The notes beneath the pieces were generated by a model. It searched no databases. It was not told where the DNA came from and worked only from the letters and a program-made list of their open reading frames with translations. DNA of 37,801 nucleotides, from the IMG/VR virus record IMGVR_UViG_3300048895_000147, positions 1 to 37,801 of that record; one strand, given 5' to 3'. The stretch is from a virus (taxonomy: Duplodnaviria > Caudoviricetes). A program made the translations under genes and the position numbers. Shown here one piece after another: positions 24,733 through 32,487 of the stretch; position 1 is the stretch's first letter; the number at the start of each line of letters is the position of its first letter.

Positions 24733-25039
24733 TTTTGAGAACGTTTATATAGATGAAAACGGATGGATACCAGTAAGTGATATGCTTCCTGAGGAAGGAC
24801 AGGAATGTTTTGTTTGGTTTTCAAACGAAGGAATCTCTCCTAAACGGTCGTGGTGTTATACAAAATTCTATGACGATCGTTTTTGTGATGTCGATTGTGT
24901 AACTCATTGGAGACCTGTATTTAAAGAACCTAAAAAAGAAATTGTAGACGTTGATATTAGGGAAATAATTAGGATCTGTGATGAGAATATTGCCACAATA
25001 GTTATCGCATTAGAGAGGTTGAAATCATGTCAGCATTAA
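24710..25039 (+). CDS. DUF551-like phage protein
   Basis: WIPVSDMLPEEG...VTHWRP signature. Confidence 0.8.
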   Translation: MAVTARNDFENVYIDENGWIPVSDMLPEEGQECFVWFSNEGISPKRSWCYTKFYDDRFCDVDCVTHWRPVFKEPKKEIVDVDIREIIRICDENIATIVIALERLKSCQH

Positions 25040-25899
25040 CAAACGTTGAAGTTTTACGAGATCTAGAACAGGGGACGGCAGAGTGGTTGTCCCTTCGTAC
25101 CACTAAAATAACTAGTACCGATGCTGCTGTGATCGTTGGAGCATCACACTGGAAAACACGAATTCAACTTTACAACGAGAAAATATCCGACACACCTATT
25201 ACAACATTCGTTAACGATCGAATGAAACGAGGAACCGATCTAGAGCCTATAGCTAGGCAGTTGTTTTGCATACAGAACGGCGTAGAGGTTTACCCTAGAG
25301 TGGTAACACGTGAATGGGCAATGGCCTCACTAGATGGCATGAGCGACGACGGGAAACATATCGTTGAAATCAAATGCCCTGGCGAGAAAGATCACGCGTG
25401 TGCCCTGGCTGGTCGAGTCCCAGATCACTATTACCCTCAACTCCAACACCAACTCTATGTAACGGGTCTACAGTCTATTTTTTACTATAGTTTCGACGGC
25501 ACAGACGGAGTCACAATTGTAGTAAAACGTGATGATGCGTATATTGAAAAAATGGTGGAACAAGAGAAAATATTTTACGACTGTTTAATCAATAAAACAC
25601 CTCCTGAGCCATCTGAAAACGATTATGTAGAAAGAGAGGACGAGTTATGGTCACAATGCGCCCAGCAATGGAAATACACAAACGAACAAATAAAATCTTT
25701 AGAGAAAGAGGAAGAACACCTCAGAAAACAACTAATATTTTTAAGTGGCGCGTCCAACGTGAGGGGTGGTGGACTGTCCCTATGCAGAGTAATAAGGAGT
25801 GGCCACATTGACTATAGTAAAATACCGGAATTGAGAGGTGTAGATTTGGATAAATACAGAAAACCATCTATAGACACATGGCGTATAACCACGCACTAA
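25027..25899 (+). CDS. YqaJ-like (lambda exo family) exonuclease
   Basis: EQGTAEWLSLR, RGTDLEP, ASLDG, VEIKCP, YYPQLQHQL. Confidence 0.93.
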   Translation: MSALTNVEVLRDLEQGTAEWLSLRTTKITSTDAAVIVGASHWKTRIQLYNEKISDTPITTFVNDRMKRGTDLEPIARQLFCIQNGVEVYPRVVTREWAMASLDGMSDDGKHIVEIKCPGEKDHACALAGRVPDHYYPQLQHQLYVTGLQSIFYYSFDGTDGVTIVVKRDDAYIEKMVEQEKIFYDCLINKTPPEPSENDYVEREDELWSQCAQQWKYTNEQIKSLEKEEEHLRKQLIFLSGASNVRGGGLSLCRVIRSGHIDYSKIPELRGVDLDKYRKPSIDTWRITTH

Positions 25900-25901
25900 A
25901 T

Positions 25902-25938
25902 AAAAAGGGTGATGCCGTGACCTGCATCACCCGCCTTT
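25902..25938 (+). terminator. Probably bidirectional intrinsic terminator at the convergence of early and late arms
   Basis: AAAAA GGGTGATGC-8 nt-GCATCACCC GCCTTT. Confidence 0.65.
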
Positions 25939-26085
25939 ACCAAAGGATCATATGCAAATTAAATCTATAATTTAATGAGATTTATGTCATTTCTAATTTG
26001 TAAAAAATTAGTATTTTCCCATAAATCACTGTGTTTCAATCATGTCGGTATGTAACGCGATGTAATGTGAAGCCGCTTTACAAAG

Positions 26086-26156
26086 TTTGAGCTGAGGTAA
26101 TCGAACCCTCTATTTCTCATCTAGTGAGCGCATCAAACCTGATCTGCCTAGCCCAA
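26086..26156 (-). ncRNA. tRNA-like element / pseudo-tRNA with shortened anticodon arm
   Basis: Minus strand TTGGGCT AG GCAGATCAGGTTTGATGC G CTCACTAGATGAG AAATA GAGGGTTCGATTACCTC AGCTCAA A: 7-bp acceptor stem, GG-containing D loop, GGTTCGA T loop. Confidence 0.6.
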
Positions 26157-26161
26157 CAAAA

Positions 26162-26296
26162 TTATTTCTTTTCTTTCTGAGTGTTAGTGTCATCTTGTTT
26201 TGTTCTAACTTCCGACACCTTCCCTAACCAAGGAAAACGCAGCTCTATCTCTTCAATAGGTGTTTTTGGAGGTACGTAAACTAATTTTTCTTCCAC
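26162..26296 (-). CDS. Hypothetical protein (44 aa, GTG start, MEEKLVYVPPKTPIEEIELRFPW...)
   Basis: Hand translated; GGTG RBS-like sequence. Confidence 0.45.
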   Translation of the reverse strand: MEEKLVYVPPKTPIEEIELRFPWLGKVSEVRTKQDDTNTQKEKK

Positions 26297-26322
26297 TATT
26301 CACCATCTACAATGTTGTGTTA

Positions 26323-26350
26323 ATCATTTTCCCGACGTCGGGAAAATGAT
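26323..26350. repeat. Perfect 28-bp palindrome
   Basis: ATCATTTTCCCGACGTCGGGAAAATGAT is its own reverse complement. Confidence 0.95.
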
Positions 26351-26395
26351 CTCTATTGATATAAGAAGCATATCGAGCATGTGCACGTATTGGTC

Positions 26396-26578
26396 CTAGT
26401 ACTCGTGTGCGTGCTTTGCTCTCTTTTTGAGGTCCTTAGCTGCTGACATTGCTTCTTTTTTCTCTACCATTTCGTGCTTCTTTTTCATTTTGGTAGGAGC
26501 ATGTTTCTCTTCTTTAGCATAATGCTTAGCATCTTTTTTTAGCGCAGAAGCTGCTTTTTCCATGATTTTTTTATGCAT
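26396..26578 (-). CDS. Small Lys/His/Ala-rich basic protein
   Basis: 60 aa, very basic. Confidence 0.75.
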   Translation of the reverse strand: MHKKIMEKAASALKKDAKHYAKEEKHAPTKMKKKHEMVEKKEAMSAAKDLKKRAKHAHEY

Positions 26579-26580
26579 TG

Positions 26581-26778
26581 TTATTTAACCTTTACAATTT
26601 TTGGAATTCCTTTATATCCTTTCATTGGTTTTCCAGAAGCTTTAGAATAGGCAGCTTTTTTCATATAATTTTCGGCTGATTTTGCTTTTTTCGCTTCTGT
26701 TTTTGTCATAGGGGTTTCTCCACGCACACCATGAACTACAATATGACCAGCTTTATGTTTTTCTTTTTTTTCTTTCAT
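26581..26778 (-). CDS. Small Lys-rich basic protein
   Basis: Start re-called to MKEKKEKHK, directly after the upstream stop. Confidence 0.7.
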   Translation of the reverse strand: MKEKKEKHKAGHIVVHGVRGETPMTKTEAKKAKSAENYMKKAAYSKASGKPMKGYKGIPKIVKVK

Positions 26779-26779
26779 G

Positions 26780-26932
26780 TTACTTCCCTTTCTTTTTTGG
26801 AATGTGTGCCCCTGACTCACGTGCCATATTCAAAGATGCCGCGATTGCTTGGGATTTTTTATATCCACTTTTTTCCATCTCGCCTATATTTTTCCCGATT
26901 GTTTTCTTGCTAGTCCCTTTTGAAAGTGGCAT
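26780..26932 (-). CDS. Small basic phage protein (50 aa, MPLSKGTSKKTIGKNIGEMEKSGYKKSQAIAASLNMARESG...)
   Basis: Hand translated; AGGAG RBS; resembles a widespread phage MPLKKG...QAIAAAL family. Confidence 0.75.
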   Translation of the reverse strand: MPLSKGTSKKTIGKNIGEMEKSGYKKSQAIAASLNMARESGAHIPKKKGK

Positions 26933-26940
26933 AAAATCTC

Positions 26941-27153
26941 CTATAAAACCGCTGCTGGTATGGTTAGTGTTGGTGTAACTGATGTGCTAGGGTCGTTTGT
27001 AGCCGTCTCATCTACCACGTCGCTGGCTGTTCCGCGTGTCTGCACCTGTGTAACTGAATATGTGCACGATGTGACGTAGCATAACGCTAAAATGATAGCC
27101 ACAGAGAACGCCAATGTAAAATAAATTGCTTTTAGTTCCATATATCCTCTCAC
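26941..27153 (-). CDS. Small putative lipoprotein (possible spanin-like lysis component)
   Basis: Hydrophobic signal ending VTS-C, Thr/Pro-rich mature part, after the tail genes; likely start MELKA. Confidence 0.6.
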   Translation of the reverse strand: MRGYMELKAIYFTLAFSVAIILALCYVTSCTYSVTQVQTRGTASDVVDETATNDPSTSVTPTLTIPAAVL

Positions 27154-27157
27154 TAAA

Positions 27158-28927
27158 TTATGCGATTAAATAGCCGCCAAAGATTGAGCTTGCACCTGAA
27201 GAAATATTTACATCTCCAGAGCTTCCTGAAAAAGTGACCTGGCATACTGCCGTATCATTAACATTCATCGGAGCAACACAATGAGCAACCAAAGCCATTT
27301 GGCCAGCTACAACAATTGCAAGGGGATTTACTAAATTGCAAACATAAGAAACGCCACCGGCAACTATGTCTAAATAAGCGACATTTTGAGCAACAACATT
27401 GTTAAATTGAATTGCTGCACAAAAATAATACACTCCAGTTACAGGGGCAGTGAAAACACCATTAGAGGTATTGTAATACGAACCCCTATTCACTAATACT
27501 GTATCAAATGGAATTGTATATATTGTTCCATCTCCCGTAACGCTGTTAAATCCGGATGCTGCATATGCTGAAAATGCCGGTTGTGCTGAATTTGTAAAAC
27601 GTCCAGTGCTGTCAATGTTTGTGGTTGAATTATCAAATAGGGCCGTTCCGCCTGTGCCATCCCAAGTCGATATTGCTCTATCTGTTGAGCTTCCTGGACC
27701 TGTAACGCCTCCACCACCACCAGAAGAAACGCCAACAGCTCCCGTCACAGAGTCTCTGACCATTGTCTGAGGAGAAGTAACAGTTGACGGAGTTAAGATA
27801 TTCAACGAGCCAACTTGTGTTATCAGAGGCACTTGAGTGGCTTGCATAACACTTGTAGCGCCTGAGAATGTTAGCGGACCATATGTAACAGTTCCCGCTC
27901 CTGTTATTACAAAATTCTGGCTGCTTTCCAACCTGCAATTTGTTATAGTTAAAGTCGTTGTCACTTCTATACAGGCCGCTGCCCCGCTATTAAATGTGCT
28001 GTTGTCTACAAAGCTGTTTCCTGAACCACTTATAGTGATCCATATTGCATCATAAGCATTCTCTGACCCAAAATTAGAGTTTTCAACAATTATTCCCCCT
28101 GTGCCCTGTGTAATAAATTTGATCCCGAGATAGCAATTTATGATTCTGGCTGTGGAATCTAATATTGTGTTGGCTACAGGTGAATTAACAAAATCAATGA
28201 ACACAGAGTTTTTCAGCCAAACAACGCCAGCTGTTGAACGAAACAAAGAACGATTTAAAGCGAAACTTCCTGAACAGTTTTCGATATAAAAGTTTCCGGC
28301 TGCTGAGACTAGAATGCTGTTCGCGTTTGTAGCGTTGAAATAACAGTTTTGGCATGTTACGTTGCCTGCTGCGGATAGCAAAAACGAGTTGTCGGCATTT
28401 GTGTTGAACTGTATTCCGAAAAATTGAACATTAACCGCGCTAGAAACAGTGATTTTACCAGTGATTTGCACGTTTGGATTTGCAGTTCTAAATGAGGTGT
28501 CATATGAGTAAAATATGAGATTTTTCGTAACCGTTATATTCTCTGTATAAGTGCCTCGCATGATGAAAATTGTATCGCCGGATGATGCTGCGGCTACTGC
28601 ACTGGCAATGGTAGAGTAATTTGCACCAGTTCCTACTATTCCAGATGCGCTAACAATGAATGCCGAGGTATGTAGATCTCCCGCTGTAGTTCCTATTAAA
28701 ACCCATCCAGTTGTACCCGTTCCTGTTTGTTTTAAATAGATATTACCGGAAACAGGATCGTGAGAAATAGAAGAGGGATTAGCCGAAACAACTCCCTCGG
28801 GATTACCCGTATGGTTTATGTTAGAAACATCCGAAGCTGTTTTCTGCATAATCTGTATGGCCTGAGCCGTAGTTGGCTCTAAACGCTCACCTACTGCATA
28901 GACCACTTCATTATCAAAACCCGACAT
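27158..28927 (-). CDS. Tail spike / receptor-binding protein: beta-helix domain plus C-terminal C1q-like domain
   Basis: YSTIASAVAAASSGDTIFIMRGTYTENI beta-helix cap and Asn/Cys ladders; PAFSAY...IPFDTVLVNRGSYYNTSNGVFTAPVTGVYYF C1q pattern. Confidence 0.8.
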   Translation of the reverse strand: MSGFDNEVVYAVGERLEPTTAQAIQIMQKTASDVSNINHTGNPEGVVSANPSSISHDPVSGNIYLKQTGTGTTGWVLIGTTAGDLHTSAFIVSASGIVGTGANYSTIASAVAAASSGDTIFIMRGTYTENITVTKNLIFYSYDTSFRTANPNVQITGKITVSSAVNVQFFGIQFNTNADNSFLLSAAGNVTCQNCYFNATNANSILVSAAGNFYIENCSGSFALNRSLFRSTAGVVWLKNSVFIDFVNSPVANTILDSTARIINCYLGIKFITQGTGGIIVENSNFGSENAYDAIWITISGSGNSFVDNSTFNSGAAACIEVTTTLTITNCRLESSQNFVITGAGTVTYGPLTFSGATSVMQATQVPLITQVGSLNILTPSTVTSPQTMVRDSVTGAVGVSSGGGGGVTGPGSSTDRAISTWDGTGGTALFDNSTTNIDSTGRFTNSAQPAFSAYAASGFNSVTGDGTIYTIPFDTVLVNRGSYYNTSNGVFTAPVTGVYYFCAAIQFNNVVAQNVAYLDIVAGGVSYVCNLVNPLAIVVAGQMALVAHCVAPMNVNDTAVCQVTFSGSSGDVNISSGASSIFGGYLIA

Positions 28928-29466
28928 TATACCACCACATACGTTCCAACAGCTTTATAAATAATTGTCGTGCCCGCAACACCTGTTGCATCCACGTGAA
29001 TATCTGTACCACTAATCGCAATGGCCAGGGAAGCCAAAATATTATCCTCGTCTGAATCATCAAATGGAGTATCAATTATTGAAACAACACCCGCAATCCG
29101 TTTTACTGTTGCAAATATTTTATAACCATAGGTGTCACCCGATGTCGTATCGCGACCAATGACATCAAATGTGAATCTGTAGGATTGATTGTTTGTTAAC
29201 GCAAAATCGATCAATGTTACCGTAGATCCATTTGTGCTCGTTCCTGATCCTGTCAAACGGTTTGTCAACTCAACAGTTAGAGTGTTTGAACCAGAGCTAC
29301 CGTCTGTTTGGATGCCGTGTACATTATCTGTTGAAACGCTACCGCCTAAAACATTTAATACATTACCCGCAGGAATAGCAGGAGAGTTTATATCAGTTGG
29401 AAAACTGGTGGGAACATCGGGGGGCAAAACACTACCGGTGAAGCTATTTATTCCAGCCTGTGACAT
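28927..29466 (-). CDS. Tail/virion structural protein
   Basis: Thr/Gly/Ser-rich, coupled within the fibre cluster. Confidence 0.65.
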   Translation of the reverse strand: MSQAGINSFTGSVLPPDVPTSFPTDINSPAIPAGNVLNVLGGSVSTDNVHGIQTDGSSGSNTLTVELTNRLTGSGTSTNGSTVTLIDFALTNNQSYRFTFDVIGRDTTSGDTYGYKIFATVKRIAGVVSIIDTPFDDSDEDNILASLAIAISGTDIHVDATGVAGTTIIYKAVGTYVVV

Positions 29467-29469
29467 TAA

Positions 29470-29814
29470 CTACCTCAGATTTGTTTCAATATATTGTACG
29501 ACTAGATAAACTAATCCCGTTCCGGCTGCTGCATCGGTTGTTAGCACGTAATATTGCCTACCCTCGTCGCAAAAAATATGATTTACATGTGTTTTGTTTG
29601 CTGTGACATCATATAGCCAAAAACCATTAGCGGGACATACGTCAACTGCATTAACCCCATCGATAGAAACTAATAAGTTTTTATTGCTGAGGTTAACCAT
29701 TTTCACAAGCGAAGCCGGGTGCGCTAGAGGAGTTCCAAGCGCTAAATATGTTCCGGCTGATGCTGTATTAGCAGAGCGTATGGTTTCATATAGAAGTCTT
29801 TGTGTGAATGACAT
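29470..29814 (-). CDS. Small virion protein
   Basis: 114-aa beta-rich ORF in the fibre cluster. Confidence 0.65.
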   Translation of the reverse strand: MSFTQRLLYETIRSANTASAGTYLALGTPLAHPASLVKMVNLSNKNLLVSIDGVNAVDVCPANGFWLYDVTANKTHVNHIFCDEGRQYYVLTTDAAAGTGLVYLVVQYIETNLR

Positions 29815-29825
29815 TACTACCTCTA

Positions 29826-30860
29826 TTAGTTGATAATCAAATAATCAAATGTGCTTGTCTCTGTACCTGCATCTGAAGTTAGTGTGGCTGAGCCAGGCGC
29901 TTGTGCAGTGATAGAAACATTACCCATTGCAGTGCCTAAAGTTCTTCGAGAATAGATAATCTTACTCTGTGCCGTGATAGCTGAGCTTGTGATTGTCACA
30001 GCCCCGGTAATCATAGCCGCAGTAGTACCAACAGAGTCGGTCGTAGGTGCCGCAGCCGCTATAACAAGTTTATTTCCCGGTCCAGAAAGAACTAAGTTTC
30101 CGTTTGTCGCTGTTATATTTCCTAATGTCGCCGTTATTGTTGTGGCTGCTGTAACACTACCTGAGAAAGAAGGGGAACCGCTATACGCAGGAATAACACC
30201 AACACCACCACTCATTAGAGCTTGACCTGTTGCAACGTCAGCTATCTCGCCGATAGTATTTGTTGCTGTAGCTGCAATCAATGCTCCTGCTGTAGAAGTG
30301 TTTGGATATGTATCAGTAGATGCTACCCAATTAGTTCCGTTAGAACGAAGAATTGTTCCTGTGGCACCGACTGTACCCGGGAAAGTTGCTGTCGTCCAGG
30401 TCGGGTCGGCTGAGGCGCCCCCAGACGTTAACAATTGCCCTGCTAATCCTGCTGATGTGGCGACTATTGAAGATGCCCCCTCTCCAATTAAAACTCCATG
30501 CGCGGTATATGTAGCAGGAGTATATGGGCCTATAAGAGAGACTGTTACTGTGCTTCCTGATGCCGTGGTAGCTACCTGTGCTGTAGTTCCAGCAATTTTG
30601 ATATTACCCGCTGTTGGTGTAGCTGTTCCTGAATCACCTGATAATGTATCTAAAGCACCGGTTGCCATGTCTAAAAGTTCCCATATACCAGCACCAGCAT
30701 ATATATAGAATGTATATGCCCCTACAGAACCTGTATAGACAATTTGACCTATTTCGAAATTTGTATCTGATGTTCCTGGAGAATTTCCAAATAATAAAGG
30801 AGGTGGCAGTGTATTAATAAGGGCCTGACCTAGTCCATAACATTGATTCATTTTTGACAT
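29826..30860 (-). CDS. Tail fibre protein
   Basis: Very Thr/Ala/Gly-rich with repeated GQLLTSGG/GTILRSNG/GQALMSGG units. Confidence 0.75.
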   Translation of the reverse strand: MSKMNQCYGLGQALINTLPPPLLFGNSPGTSDTNFEIGQIVYTGSVGAYTFYIYAGAGIWELLDMATGALDTLSGDSGTATPTAGNIKIAGTTAQVATTASGSTVTVSLIGPYTPATYTAHGVLIGEGASSIVATSAGLAGQLLTSGGASADPTWTTATFPGTVGATGTILRSNGTNWVASTDTYPNTSTAGALIAATATNTIGEIADVATGQALMSGGVGVIPAYSGSPSFSGSVTAATTITATLGNITATNGNLVLSGPGNKLVIAAAAPTTDSVGTTAAMITGAVTITSSAITAQSKIIYSRRTLGTAMGNVSITAQAPGSATLTSDAGTETSTFDYLIIN

Positions 30861-30993
30861 AATCTACTCCGTATTTATGTGTAAACTACACAGTCAGGAA
30901 AAGATTTCTGCAATGTCAAATAAAAAAATGAGTGTTGGGATTTATTTTTTGGCGTGTTTTTTCTCATCCATTTTAGAGAGAAGATATAGGATT

Positions 30994-32487
30994 TTAACTA
31001 GCTCTTGGCTTTTTGGCTTTTTTCTTTGGGTTGGTTTCACGTTCTTTTCTCTTTTGTTCTGCATATCGTTTTTTCAATGCCTCTTTTGCTGGCTCTAATG
31101 CATCATAGATTGTCTCAAATCTGTTTTTATATTCATTTCCTTTTCCACCGCGTTCAGATTGAAGCTTTTTAATAAGTTGATACATGGCAGCACCGATAGG
31201 CGATTCTGTCCCAGATTCCCATCTTCCGATAAAATTTTCTCCTGTTGATTTTCTTTGTGTTAGCAGATTAGTGAGCGCTTCAACGTCTTCTGGAGAAATA
31301 TCATCGTAAACATAGAATTTATCGCTTCCGTGTGGTTTATAAACAAGTTCATTGTTTTTAGGATCATATCCCGCGGATTCAACATTTCTTGAGATTTGTT
31401 TTCCTGTATGTTTCTCGATTCCTTTTTTAAGATCCTCATATAAATCTGCTAGGTCTTCTTCTGATATTTCTGACTGTATAACTTTATCTAATTTATGCTG
31501 TTTTAGTTTTCCGTCTTCTTCAATTAGCGCGTTATCTCCACTGATCTCTTTAATTTTTCCTCGACCGGATGGCGTGATTACAGTTTCTTCAACGTCTTCT
31601 CTTGGCACGATCGCAGCCTTTTCTTTTTGCGGGGATTCGATTTGTTTTTGTGTTAGGGGTTGTTCTTGTATAGGTTTTAACGCTATCCCAGGTGAAGTTG
31701 GTAATGGTGAAGGAGACGAAGGGTTGTTGGGTTTAGGTTGTGGATTAGGTGCGTTTTGCGGGTTTTGATCTAGATAATCTTTAAGAAAGTCTTCAATAGG
31801 TTTCCCGGTTTCTTTCTCAATCTTATTTACACTACCTAGATTAAATTTTCTAAGCCAGGCACCCACTTTTTCAGGATCATTTTTGTTAGCATTTAATAAA
31901 TTGTTTATGTTGTTAGTTGCGTTATGCTTATCAAGTATTTCCTTAGCATTTATTGTTTTAGGCTGTTGTGCTACAATAGGCGCTTGTGAAATAGGGGGTT
32001 GTTGTGGAGAAGACGAAACAGGAGGCTGCTCAGAAATTGGAGGGGTTTGGCCAATTTGTGCTGTTTGTGTTGATTGCGTTGGTGGCAATTGTGGGGTTGT
32101 TGGCTGCGGGGCTTGTTGTATATGACCTGTACCGGGAGCATTGGGCGTGCCGCGAGTGGATTGCCCAGGCAGACGCTGAGATATTGCTCCGACGGCAGCA
32201 CGACCAATAGTTGCAGCACCTAAAGCACCTGCCGCCATAGTTAAACCATTTTTAAATAGATCTGCATCTGTGCGCCTATTTCTAGCTCTAATTTCAGGAT
32301 TAGACATTCCTTTTGTATCTGATTCCGACGACGTTTTAGTTAAGAAACCTAAAATCTGTTTTACAGTATATCCAGCGCTTTTAGCTTTAAATATTGTTCC
32401 TCCAATTTGAGGTAAAGCTTTTGAAAGATAGTCCAAGATTTTATCTGGATCATATCCGCTTTTCATTGCCTGTAAAATAGGATTCAT
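30994..32487 (-). CDS. Putative ejection/internal virion protein with Pro/Gln linkers and a KTSC-like domain
   Basis: Start re-called to MNPILQAMK (ATGA overlap); SRNVESAGYDPKNNELVYKPHGSDKFYVYDDISPEDVEAL resembles KTSC. Confidence 0.65.
   Translation of the reverse strand: MNPILQAMKSGYDPDKILDYLSKALPQIGGTIFKAKSAGYTVKQILGFLTKTSSESDTKGMSNPEIRARNRRTDADLFKNGLTMAAGALGAATIGRAAVGAISQRLPGQSTRGTPNAPGTGHIQQAPQPTTPQLPPTQSTQTAQIGQTPPISEQPPVSSSPQQPPISQAPIVAQQPKTINAKEILDKHNATNNINNLLNANKNDPEKVGAWLRKFNLGSVNKIEKETGKPIEDFLKDYLDQNPQNAPNPQPKPNNPSSPSPLPTSPGIALKPIQEQPLTQKQIESPQKEKAAIVPREDVEETVITPSGRGKIKEISGDNALIEEDGKLKQHKLDKVIQSEISEEDLADLYEDLKKGIEKHTGKQISRNVESAGYDPKNNELVYKPHGSDKFYVYDDISPEDVEALTNLLTQRKSTGENFIGRWESGTESPIGAAMYQLIKKLQSERGGKGNEYKNRFETIYDALEPAKEALKKRYAEQKRKERETNPKKKAKKPRAS

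Noticed and set aside
27158-30860. Invertible tail-fibre cassette or diversity-generating retroelement
   Set aside because: No inverted fibre segments, flanking inverted repeats, reverse transcriptase or template/variable repeat pair were seen.
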